A program made the translations under genes and the position numbers. Of a DNA stretch of 64,000 nucleotides, positions 37,425 through 46,373 are shown piece by piece. The first letter of the stretch is position 1. Each line of letters starts with the position of its first letter. The notes below the pieces were generated by a model. The model saw only the letters and a list, made by a program, of their open reading frames with translations, did not search any database and had not been told where the DNA came from. Location: IMG/VR virus record IMGVR_UViG_3300022839_000006, positions 62,001 to 126,000 of that record. The stretch is one strand, 5' to 3'.

Positions 37425-40141
37425 TATCTAAAAACCCTTGTATCATTATGTGTTACGGATACTGTATTTTCTTTTTCAACTGTTTGTGACTCGACTGGCT
37501 GCTCTGTCTTTTCGACCACAGCAATTTGCTCATTCAATTTGAAGGTGTGATTTCCTATGTGTTCGCACTTAATCGAAGTGTCTGCCCAAATCTTAAATCC
37601 TAGGTCTCTTGCTTTTTTGCAAAAGTAAACGTCCTCAGAAACGGTGTTGATATGTTCAAGAGCTGACGTGTAATAAAAATGTGGGTATTCCATTGTGCGT
37701 ATTACATTTGCTTTTACTAGACATGCACCGAAACCACATCCAGCAATTTCAACAACACCTCTGTCTTTGAGCATCTCGTAAGGAATGTTAGTCATACCGC
37801 CAGACGGCGTGTCCATATACAATTCAACTGTATGGGTATTTGTGATTCGTTGTATGTACAATCCAGAGATTACATCCACATCAGCAGACAACATTCTTAC
37901 GAGTGCATCTTCAGGTAGTACTATATCACTGTCTACCGAAAAGAGATAATCATATCTCTTTGTCCATTCAGCAATTAAATTTCGAATCTGGTCGATTTGA
38001 TATCCATAAGCATACTGAAAGTCTACTTTGTATCCTTCTGGGACGGTCATATTATATATTGACTTCATAGTTTCAGGCTCTATGTATCTATTAGTTGGTA
38101 TTGCTAATAGTATTGTTTTCACTGTTGCATCCTTTTTATCTTTTTCGTATGAAAGATTGGCATTTTTATTCTGCTCGTCTCCACTTACCTTATAATCATT
38201 GAGTGGGTTTGCATCGTTATAATTGCAGACTATTTCCTTATTACAATAGATCTTTTCTGGTTCTATTCTTTCTATCAGTTCATAGAAAAGAGGGTTGTCG
38301 TGCCCTGATTTCATCCACTCTCCATTCACTTTGAATTTTTCGACATCAAGAGTGGGAAAATATTCTCCCAAGCATGTCCTGAGATGCGTATACGGAATTT
38401 TCCAGTTGAAGTGATGATCTCTATAAGATCTCGTTTTCTTTACTTCAATGGGATAATCTTGAGCTATCAGAGGTATGTTATCTGCAACGGACCACATTGA
38501 CCCGTAAGTAAATTCATAGCCCTGACCATAAAGGTCGTTGTAGTAATGGAAGATTGTATTGTTATTTATAAGCCAATCGTCACCGTCTAACAACATCACA
38601 ATGTCGTCTGGTTTGCAACCACTCACCGCTTTGATCTGATTTGCGATGGCACCTTCATTTTCTTCATTTCTAATCAACTGAAATTTTGATTTTAGATTGT
38701 GTGAAAGAGAGTTGATTGTCTGTTGTGCTATTTCGAACGAGTTGTCGTCCGAGCAATCGTCAATTAAAATGTGTGTATAGTTGTCATAATCCTGCTGGGC
38801 AATTGAAAGAATATTCTTCTGAATGTACTTTTCAGCGTTCCAAAACGGAGATATTACTGAAATTCTTTTCTGGTTGTTGAACGATCTATACTCTTTTCTG
38901 ACTGGCATTTCGCTAGTTCTTCCGAACACGCGAGAAACCTTGTCGTTGATGCGAGTGACATTTTGATAGTCTTCAACGGAGAGAAACTCGTCATTGATCT
39001 TATATAAGAATTGCTTCCATTGAAGAGCAACTGTATCCCATCCGTAAACATCCTTGATGACATCGCAGTAATTTTGCTTCTGTTGATGAGCATATGGGTT
39101 ATTATAGGCATTAAAGAATGTAGCAAGAAACTTTTTAACCTGTTCTTCTTTGTTGATGTGAGGAAAAAGATTGTTAGGCTCAATTGCATAATCAATTTGA
39201 TAGCACGCAAGATCAATTGCTGTTTCTTCAAGTGCGCCAAATCGTGTTGTTACGATAGGAGTTCTATACAGTAGAGATTCAAGCGACGATATGCCGAATG
39301 TTTCTGGGAAAGCACCTGGGTACAGCATCATATATGCGTTTGCAAGTATTCCTGCAATTTCGTGCTGAGGGATTACCCCAGTAAATGTGACACCTAAATC
39401 TTTTAGATCTTGACTGTTTGTTAGTTCAGAAACTGTATTTTCCTGAGCATCAGGCTCGGCACCTTCTCTGAAACGGTAATACCCACCGATAATGGTCAAC
39501 CTTGCTTCTGGGATATGTTTCTTAATCTCTGGCCAAATATGTTGTACTAGAGGCAACATTCCCTTAGTTGCAGATGCATTGTAAACAAAATGGTTCTTGT
39601 CTTTTTTTGATATGTCAACTTCAGGAATGTGACAGACAGCGCCGTTGCGAGTTTGAAAGATTGACTTCTTGAGAACTTCATAATTTCTCTTTTTACCGTG
39701 TGCGCAAGTAAGAATATACGAGGTGTGCCAATCAGAAAGAGTAAATATGTGGTCAATTTTACCAGAAATTACAAGGTCTTCTACCAGCTGATCGCCTTCT
39801 ATAAAGGTATCATGAAGCCAGAGTAACCTCTTGTTAGCAGTATGTATGAATGGGTAGTCGTTATTTACAAATGGCTCGACAGTTCTCGAAACTATGACCG
39901 AATCGTAGGTTTCATTGTGCGACTTTGCATCTTTGTTGTCGATGTATCGAACGTTATCATACGTACCAGCTTGAGAACGGGAAGAGTCATCACAGTTGTT
40001 AAAAACCGTGACGTGAAACCCTAGTTCTGCTAGTTCTTTTGAAATCAGTGTTACAGCGGACTCTGAGCCCCCAAGACCTTGTTTTGATAGTGTAGTGCCA
40101 TCATAACATAAGCCGATCTTGTCAATAAGTGCTATTTTCAT
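37424..40141 (-). CDS. three-domain glycosyltransferase (GT4-like GT-B + GT2 + GT2-like GT-A)
   Basis: GLGGSE and YP..FPETFGISSLE (GT4); ISVI.P..N...IDDCS.D and LDGDD (GT2); VDSDI, GCGFG, SED.YFC, CEHIG (GT-A). Confidence 0.9.
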   Translation of the reverse strand: MKIALIDKIGLCYDGTTLSKQGLGGSESAVTLISKELAELGFHVTVFNNCDDSSRSQAGTYDNVRYIDNKDAKSHNETYDSVIVSRTVEPFVNNDYPFIHTANKRLLWLHDTFIEGDQLVEDLVISGKIDHIFTLSDWHTSYILTCAHGKKRNYEVLKKSIFQTRNGAVCHIPEVDISKKDKNHFVYNASATKGMLPLVQHIWPEIKKHIPEARLTIIGGYYRFREGAEPDAQENTVSELTNSQDLKDLGVTFTGVIPQHEIAGILANAYMMLYPGAFPETFGISSLESLLYRTPIVTTRFGALEETAIDLACYQIDYAIEPNNLFPHINKEEQVKKFLATFFNAYNNPYAHQQKQNYCDVIKDVYGWDTVALQWKQFLYKINDEFLSVEDYQNVTRINDKVSRVFGRTSEMPVRKEYRSFNNQKRISVISPFWNAEKYIQKNILSIAQQDYDNYTHILIDDCSDDNSFEIAQQTINSLSHNLKSKFQLIRNEENEGAIANQIKAVSGCKPDDIVMLLDGDDWLINNNTIFHYYNDLYGQGYEFTYGSMWSVADNIPLIAQDYPIEVKKTRSYRDHHFNWKIPYTHLRTCLGEYFPTLDVEKFKVNGEWMKSGHDNPLFYELIERIEPEKIYCNKEIVCNYNDANPLNDYKVSGDEQNKNANLSYEKDKKDATVKTILLAIPTNRYIEPETMKSIYNMTVPEGYKVDFQYAYGYQIDQIRNLIAEWTKRYDYLFSVDSDIVLPEDALVRMLSADVDVISGLYIQRITNTHTVELYMDTPSGGMTNIPYEMLKDRGVVEIAGCGFGACLVKANVIRTMEYPHFYYTSALEHINTVSEDVYFCKKARDLGFKIWADTSIKCEHIGNHTFKLNEQIAVVEKTEQPVESQTVEKENTVSVTHNDTRVFR

Positions 40142-40175
40142 TTTATATCCATCATGTAGAATTTAAGGTATTGGT

Positions 40176-41936
40176 TTATTTATCCTTGCTCAATTTCCTT
40201 ACCGCGTCAACCAATATTGCAATCAGAGGTATGTAAGAGACCGACTTGACACCATTTTCGTTTGTTGTTACTAAATCTGGCACAATCTGCTCTAGTTCTT
40301 GTGCAATAACACCGTAGCTTTTCTTCTTGTTGTCTTTCCAATTAAAGGAGTATGTGCCAATTTGATTAATAATACCAAGACTGTCTATATCAGAATTGAA
40401 ATTCTCTTTATAATTTGCATCAGATAGAGAGTTAAATTCAGTAGCATTTAATGTGCCAGTTGAAGGATTAAAATACAATTTATCTGAAGCAACGTATACT
40501 ACCTGCGCAACTCCGCTACTAGATCCAACGAAACCTAAAAATCTGGTTGCATCAGTAGTTTCGTTGGTTATAGTAATACTTGAACCTTCTGCAGCAGGAC
40601 CTTGACTTCCGGTAAATCCTAAGTCACCTTTGGATCCGGTAAATCCTGCCCCTTGTGAGCCGACATAGCCAGTGTCACCTTTGGATCCGGTAAATCCTAC
40701 GTCACCTTTGGATCCAGTAAACCCAGCTGTGCCTTGACTTCCAGTAAAACCAAAGTCTCCCTTGGAACCAACAAAGCCAGTATCACCTCGACTGCCAGTG
40801 TAACCAATTGAACCTGCATAGCCTAGGTCACCTTTGGATCCAACAAAACCAGTAAATCCTAGTGACCCGGTGTAACCAATTGAACCAGCATAACCCAAAT
40901 CGCCTTTGGACCCAGCATATCCTACGTCACCTTGCGATCCAGAATAACCCAAAACACCTTTACTGCCAGTAAATCCAAAAGATCCAGTGTATCCTACATC
41001 GCCTTTGGATCCAGAATAACCAGTTGTACCTTGACTTCCGACATAACCAATTGAACCAGCATAACCCAAATCACCTTTGGATCCATCAAAACCAGTTGTA
41101 CCTTGGCTACCGACATAACCAATCGAACCGACATAACCCAAATCGCCTTTGGATCCATCAAAACCAGTTGTACCTTGGCTACCAGTAAATCCTTGCGACC
41201 CAGTGTAACCAATCGAACCGACATAACCCAAATCGCCTTTGGATCCATCAAAACCAGTTGTACCTTGGCTACCAGTAAATCCTGCCCCTTGGGAACCAGC
41301 ATAACCCAAATCGCCTTTGGACCCATCAAAACCAGTTGTACCTTGGCTACCAGTAAATCCTAGCGACCCAGTGTAACCAATCGACCCAGTAAACCCTAGT
41401 TGGCCGCGCGACCCAGAAAAGCCTATCAAGCCCTGTGATCCTGCGAAACCTATACTGCCCTGTGATCCTGCGAAACCTATACTGCCCTGCGAACCCGCGT
41501 ATCCCCGAGAACCTATATCGCCTTTCGAACCTGTGAAGCCGAGAGGACCTGTGAAGCCAGTCTCGCCTTTTGAGCCTGTAAAGCCAACAGAGGCGGCCTC
41601 TCCTGCTACACCTTGAATGCCTTGGGACCCAGAAAAGCCTAACGAACCAGTGTAACCCAGTTCGCCTTGGGATCCTGCAAAGCCAAGTGATCCAGTAAAG
41701 CCGAGAGAACCTGTGAAGCCTATCTCGCCTTTTGAGCCTGTATAGCCAACAGCAGCATATGCGCCCGCTACACCTTGAGATCCAGTAAAACCTCTACTAC
41801 CAGAAAAGCCACTGTTGCCTTTAGATCCGTCAAAGCCGCTGGTGCCCTGTGAACCTGTGTACCCTCTATTTCCTACAGTATTTACTGCTATTCTAGGACC
41901 TACGGTGGTGCTAGGTATCACGATTAAATCGCTCAA
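40176..41936 (-). CDS. collagen-like fibre protein with C-terminal S74 intramolecular chaperone
   Basis: Long (G-F/Y-T/A/V/S/D-G-S-X)n run; SD..YKEN, YGVIAQELE..VP.LV, V.Y..L. Confidence 0.88.
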   Translation of the reverse strand: MSDLIVIPSTTVGPRIAVNTVGNRGYTGSQGTSGFDGSKGNSGFSGSRGFTGSQGVAGAYAAVGYTGSKGEIGFTGSLGFTGSLGFAGSQGELGYTGSLGFSGSQGIQGVAGEAASVGFTGSKGETGFTGPLGFTGSKGDIGSRGYAGSQGSIGFAGSQGSIGFAGSQGLIGFSGSRGQLGFTGSIGYTGSLGFTGSQGTTGFDGSKGDLGYAGSQGAGFTGSQGTTGFDGSKGDLGYVGSIGYTGSQGFTGSQGTTGFDGSKGDLGYVGSIGYVGSQGTTGFDGSKGDLGYAGSIGYVGSQGTTGYSGSKGDVGYTGSFGFTGSKGVLGYSGSQGDVGYAGSKGDLGYAGSIGYTGSLGFTGFVGSKGDLGYAGSIGYTGSRGDTGFVGSKGDFGFTGSQGTAGFTGSKGDVGFTGSKGDTGYVGSQGAGFTGSKGDLGFTGSQGPAAEGSSITITNETTDATRFLGFVGSSSGVAQVVYVASDKLYFNPSTGTLNATEFNSLSDANYKENFNSDIDSLGIINQIGTYSFNWKDNKKKSYGVIAQELEQIVPDLVTTNENGVKSVSYIPLIAILVDAVRKLSKDK

Positions 41937-41940
41937 TTTC

Positions 41941-42279
41941 CTACTCCGGTCTTGTGATAGTTGGGATTATGTGGACAGTGCCTTCCAGTAACTTTTTCAC
42001 ATTTCCATTTTGATTGGTATAAATTACATCGTACTGGTATTTACCAGGTTCTAGATCGGCGGTCTTTTCAGCTCCAATGAAAATGTCTAAATCTACTGTT
42101 TCACCACCGCCATTTTCTTGTATTGTAACTGAGGCATCAAACAACTTAGCAGATGAATAAACTTTTCTTGCACTAGAGTAGAAAGCTAAACCTTCTGTGG
42201 TGTTTTCATCTAGTGTAATCTGAAGACGAAGTAGAAAATCAATTCCCTGATCTACATAGAGATTTGCTCTTGTTGTCAT
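41941..42279 (-). CDS. small structural protein (T4-like, ANL.VDQG.DF motif)
   Basis: RANLYVDQG.DF, T..L..GKY.YDV, LEG.V.I.P.IT. Confidence 0.75.
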   Translation of the reverse strand: MTTRANLYVDQGIDFLLRLQITLDENTTEGLAFYSSARKVYSSAKLFDASVTIQENGGGETVDLDIFIGAEKTADLEPGKYQYDVIYTNQNGNVKKLLEGTVHIIPTITRPE

Positions 42280-42310
42280 TGTGGAAACCTTCTACTCTTG
42301 TTGTTAATCC

Positions 42311-42318
42311 TATTTATA
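42311..42318 (-). promoter_or_regulatory. T4-type late promoter heading the collagen-GT-MTase-sulfotransferase unit
   Basis: Exact TATAAATA upstream of ORF 41941-42279; downstream genes abut or overlap through 36151. Confidence 0.8.
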
Positions 42319-42593
42319 ACAAATAGCATATCTGTTATCCAGCACGTACGTATGTTTATATAGATATTCAGGAAAAGTAATAATGTTAAGTTTTGCAGAA
42401 GTGCAACATCCATGAAACTTCTTGTATTGCCTGTTCACATATTAAAGATACATGATTTATTGAATGTCGTGCTTTCTGATGCTACGCCATTCTCGTGCAC
42501 AGAATTTAAAAACAACATTTGTGTTGTGGCAAATACAATACTGTTTATTAAATAGGTTTGCAGTAATGTGTAAAACCTACTTCAGTGGCAAGA

Positions 42594-42851
42594 TTACAAA
42601 AGATAATTTACTGTGTCTGGATCAGTCCAGTTGGGATTCAGCGTAAAGTCTGTGCCGTCATAAAAGTACTTGCCACCTGTCCAATCTTCCGGGCCAGTGA
42701 CACCTTCATGTAAGACTGTGTCCTCACTGCGGCAGTCACCGATGATAAACTCGGCAGGATCACCAACAGTAATTTTGTCAGCTTCGATCAGCAGTGGTTT
42801 GTCATCTTCAAATAGGTAGAGGGACAGGTTGTCTTTGGTGAGCGTTTTCAT
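42594..42851 (-). CDS. small fibre-associated protein (possible assembly chaperone)
   Basis: V..P.DW.G.KY.YDG..F.LNP.W pattern; directly after the propeller gene. Confidence 0.7.
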   Translation of the reverse strand: MKTLTKDNLSLYLFEDDKPLLIEADKITVGDPAEFIIGDCRSEDTVLHEGVTGPEDWTGGKYFYDGTDFTLNPNWTDPDTVNYLL

Positions 42852-42857
42852 TTGTGT

Positions 42858-44468
42858 TTATCCTTTTATAATGATTTTAGTGGTGGCTACAGCAACCCCT
42901 GCATAGACATTTGGGTTGCCTGGAGTTTGAGCTAAGGCGCCGGTACCGGTCACGAAGTATTGCTGCGCCGTTACCAAGCCTGACTGTGACTCATTTACCG
43001 AACCGCCAATTTGCACAGTAGCTGTGGCAGCATCAGCGTAGGCTCCAGCAGAAAAGCCAATGTAGTTCTCAGTGGTCAGATTTGTTCCTACAGCGTCTAG
43101 GCTATCAATTGAAATAGCAGTACCGAAGTTAGAGTTGCCGAAGTCTCTGTAAGCAATGGCAACTTTGTTTGAGTTGCTGTCAAAAGTTGCCAAGGGGGTG
43201 AAGGTACTTGCACTTTCAAACACGACAGGAGTGCCAAAGCTGATTGAAGTCCCACTGACAGTCCCTACAACGGCAGTGCCGAAGCCAGAGTTGGCTTCGT
43301 CTCTATAGGCAATGACGACCTTGTTGTTGAAACTGTCAAAAGTGATTGTGATGTTGGTGGTATCGGCACTTGCAAACACGACAGTAGTACCAAAGCTAAT
43401 TGAAGTTCCACTGACAGTACCTACTCTGGCAGTGCCGAAGCTGGAGCTGCCTCTATAGGCAATGACGACCTTGTTGTTGAAACTGTCAAAAGTGGCTGAG
43501 ATATGGTATGTGTATGCACTATTGAACACGACAGCAGTGCCAAAGCTGATTGAGGTTCCACTGACAGTACCTACTACAGCAGTGCCGAAGCCAGAGTTGC
43601 CGCTGTCTCTATAAGCAATGACGACTTTGTTTGAGTTGCTGTCAAAAGTGGCTGAGATAAGGGCGGTATTTGCACTTTCAAACACGACAGGAGTGCCGAA
43701 GCTAATTGAAGTTCCACTGACAGTACCTACTCTGGCAGTGCCGAAGCTGGAGTTGCCGGCGTCTGAATAAGCAATGACAACCTTATTGTTGGAACTGTCA
43801 AAGGTGGCTGAGATGTTGGTAGCATTTGCACTCTCGAACACGACATGAGTGCCGAAGCTGATTGAAGTCCCACTGACAGTTCCTACAACGGCAGTGCCGA
43901 ATTGAGAGTTGCCGTTGTCTCTATAAGCAATGACGACCTTGTTTGAGTTGCTGTCAAAGGTGGCCGCGGTATAGGTGGCACTTGCACTCTCGAACACGAC
44001 AGGAGTGCCGAAGCTGATTGAGGTTCCGCTGACAGTACCTACAACGGCAGTGCCGAAGCCGGAGTTGCCGTAGTCTGTATAAGCAACGACAACCTTATTG
44101 TTGAAACTGTCAAAAGTGGCTGACATCCAGTCGGTAGTTGCACTATTGAACACGACAGCTTCAGAAGAACTAAGACCAACCGCACTCACAGTACCATCTG
44201 CGTTAATAACTACAGGCACGCCATTTGGCAGTGTACCAGAGGCGATTGCTTGCAATGTCGGACCGGTCGATCCGCCAATTGATCCCCACTCAACCCCACC
44301 AAATCCTTCAAATGTAGCGGCTGTGCTGTTGTATCTTAGTTGTCCAATGACGCCCACAGGTCTTTCAAGATCAGTACCTACTGGAACCTTAATTGCAGTG
44401 GTTCCTGCTAAATCTATGTATGCAGTCTGATCGTTTATGATCGTGGTGCCTTGTATTTTGATTGCCAT
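42858..44468 (-). CDS. putative receptor-binding protein A, 7 x 52-aa repeat beta-propeller
   Basis: N-terminal P.GT..ERP....GQLRYN....FEG fibre motif; seven SATFDS.NNKVVIAY..GNS.FGTAVVGTVSGTSISFGT repeats. Confidence 0.8.
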   Translation of the reverse strand: MAIKIQGTTIINDQTAYIDLAGTTAIKVPVGTDLERPVGVIGQLRYNSTAATFEGFGGVEWGSIGGSTGPTLQAIASGTLPNGVPVVINADGTVSAVGLSSSEAVVFNSATTDWMSATFDSFNNKVVVAYTDYGNSGFGTAVVGTVSGTSISFGTPVVFESASATYTAATFDSNSNKVVIAYRDNGNSQFGTAVVGTVSGTSISFGTHVVFESANATNISATFDSSNNKVVIAYSDAGNSSFGTARVGTVSGTSISFGTPVVFESANTALISATFDSNSNKVVIAYRDSGNSGFGTAVVGTVSGTSISFGTAVVFNSAYTYHISATFDSFNNKVVIAYRGSSSFGTARVGTVSGTSISFGTTVVFASADTTNITITFDSFNNKVVIAYRDEANSGFGTAVVGTVSGTSISFGTPVVFESASTFTPLATFDSNSNKVAIAYRDFGNSNFGTAISIDSLDAVGTNLTTENYIGFSAGAYADAATATVQIGGSVNESQSGLVTAQQYFVTGTGALAQTPGNPNVYAGVAVATTKIIIKG

Positions 44469-44559
44469 CTTCGCTTCCCCTTGTGGATACTCGGCTATTA
44501 TTTGTAATTTTCACTATAATCATTATATGTATTGTATTTTCGTACTTCAGTGTTACTTG

Positions 44560-44567
44560 TATTTATA
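44560..44567 (-). promoter_or_regulatory. T4-type late promoter TATAAATA
   Basis: Exact consensus upstream of propeller A. Confidence 0.75.
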
Positions 44568-44620
44568 AAGGATAGACATTTAATTGTGTGAGCAAAGTAC
44601 ACTTAAAATAGCATCACTGT

Positions 44621-44712
44621 CAGTGATTTTGTCACTTTCAATTAGTAGTGTCTTAGTGTCTTAGTGTCTTCAAAAGGTAGAGGGATAAATTATCTTTAGT
44701 AAGTGTTTTTAT
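44621..44712 (-). pseudogene. decayed copy of the 5' part of the 85-aa gene (42594-42851)
   Basis: Aligns by eye with ~42768-42851 (aggtagaggga, attttgtca); ATG changed to ATA; tcttagtg slippage repeat. Confidence 0.75.
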
Positions 44713-44717
44713 TTGGT

Positions 44718-46337
44718 TTATCTTTTCACTATGAGTTTTGTAGAGGATACAGCAACACCCGCATAGACTTCAGGGTTGCTCGGAGTTTCAGCTAAGGTGC
44801 CATTACCGGTCACGAAGTATTGCTGTCCGGCTGTCAAGCCTAATTGAACACCGTTGATCGCACCGATAAGCTGCACAGTAGCTGTGGTAGCATCAGCGTA
44901 GGCTCCAGCAGAAAAGCCAATATAGTTCTCAGTGGTCAGATTTGTTCCTGCAGCGCTTAGACTATCAATTGAAATAGCAGTGCCGAAGCCGGAGTTGCCG
45001 TCGTCTCTATAAGCAATGACAACCTTGTTTGAGTTACTGTCAAAGGTGGCTGAGATAAAGTAGGTAGTTGCACTTTCAAACACGACAGGAGTGCCGAAGC
45101 TGATTGAAGTCCCACTGACAGTCCCTACAACGGCAGTGCCGAAGCTGGAATTGCCCACGTCTCTATAAGCAATGACGACTTTGTTGTTGAAACTGTCAAA
45201 AGTGGCTGAGATCCGGTCGGTACCTGCACTCGCGAACACGACAGGAGTGCCGAAGCTGATTGAAGTCCCACTGACAGTTCCTACAATGGCAGTGCCGAAG
45301 TAAGAATTGCCGTTGTCTGAATAAGCAATGACGACCTTGTTTGAGTTGCTGTCAAAAGTGGCCGAGATGTAGTTGGCAGTTGCACTCTCGAACACGACAG
45401 TAGTGCCGAAGCTGATTGAAGTCCCACTGACAGTTCCTACGACAGCAGTGCCGAAGCCAGAGTTGCCGTCGTCTCTATAAGCAATGACAACCTTGTTTGA
45501 GTTACTGTCAAAGGTGGCTGAGATAAAGTAGGTACTTGCACTCTCGAACACGACAGCAGTGCCGAAGCTGATTGAAGTCCCATTGACAGTTCCTACGACA
45601 GCAGTGCCGAATCGAGAGTTGTTGCCTTCGTCTCTATAAGCAATGACAACCTTATTGTTGAAACTGTCAAAGGTGGCCGAGATGTGGCTGGTAGTTGCAC
45701 TCTCGAACACGACAGTAGTGCCGAAGCTGATTGAAGTCCCACTGACAGTTCCTACGACAGCAGTGCCGAATCGAGAGTTGCCCACGTCTGTATAAGCAAT
45801 GACAACCTTATTGTTGAAACTGTCAAAAGTGGATAAGATGTAGTTGGTAGGTACACTCGCGAACACGACAGGAGTGCCGAAGCTGATTGAAGTCCCACTG
45901 ACAGTTCCTACGACAGCAGTGCCGAAGCCGGAGTTGTATGAGTCATAATAAGCAACGACAACCTTATTGTTGAAACTGTCAAAGGTGTCCGAGATCCAGC
46001 TGGTACCTGCACTCTCGAACACGACAGCTTCAGAAGAACTAAGACCAACCGCACTCACAGTACCATCTGCGTTAATAACTACAGGCACTCCATTTGGCAG
46101 TGTACCAGATGCAATTGCTTCTAATGTTGGGTTGGCCGATCCGCCAATTGATCCCCAGCCAGCCCCACCAAATCCTTCAAATGCAGCCGCGGTGCTGTTG
46201 TATCGTATCTGTCCAGTGACACCCGCAGGTCTTTCAAGATCAGCACCTACCGGAACCTTAATTGCAGTGGTTCCTGCTAAATCTATGTATGCAGTCTGAT
46301 CGTTTATGATCGTGGTGCCTTGTATTTTGATTGCCAT
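44718..46337 (-). CDS. putative receptor-binding protein B, 7 x 52-aa repeat beta-propeller (paralog of A)
   Basis: Same N-terminus MAIKIQGTTIINDQTAYIDLAGTTAIKVPVG and same repeat framework. Confidence 0.8.
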   Translation of the reverse strand: MAIKIQGTTIINDQTAYIDLAGTTAIKVPVGADLERPAGVTGQIRYNSTAAAFEGFGGAGWGSIGGSANPTLEAIASGTLPNGVPVVINADGTVSAVGLSSSEAVVFESAGTSWISDTFDSFNNKVVVAYYDSYNSGFGTAVVGTVSGTSISFGTPVVFASVPTNYILSTFDSFNNKVVIAYTDVGNSRFGTAVVGTVSGTSISFGTTVVFESATTSHISATFDSFNNKVVIAYRDEGNNSRFGTAVVGTVNGTSISFGTAVVFESASTYFISATFDSNSNKVVIAYRDDGNSGFGTAVVGTVSGTSISFGTTVVFESATANYISATFDSNSNKVVIAYSDNGNSYFGTAIVGTVSGTSISFGTPVVFASAGTDRISATFDSFNNKVVIAYRDVGNSSFGTAVVGTVSGTSISFGTPVVFESATTYFISATFDSNSNKVVIAYRDDGNSGFGTAISIDSLSAAGTNLTTENYIGFSAGAYADATTATVQLIGAINGVQLGLTAGQQYFVTGNGTLAETPSNPEVYAGVAVSSTKLIVKR

Positions 46338-46373
46338 CTTCGCTTCCCCTTATGGATACTCGGCTATTTGGTT

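Noticed and set aside
37424-40141. DNA glucosyltransferase (T4 agt/bgt type)
   Set aside because: Domain types (GT4+GT2+GT2), late-operon position and neighbours fit glycan synthesis; no hydroxymethylase in this window.
43090-46030. Complete diversity-generating retroelement or CRISPR array
   Set aside because: The repeats are in-frame coding blades, not repeat-spacer units. No reverse transcriptase, accessory gene, non-coding template repeat or cas gene is in the window.
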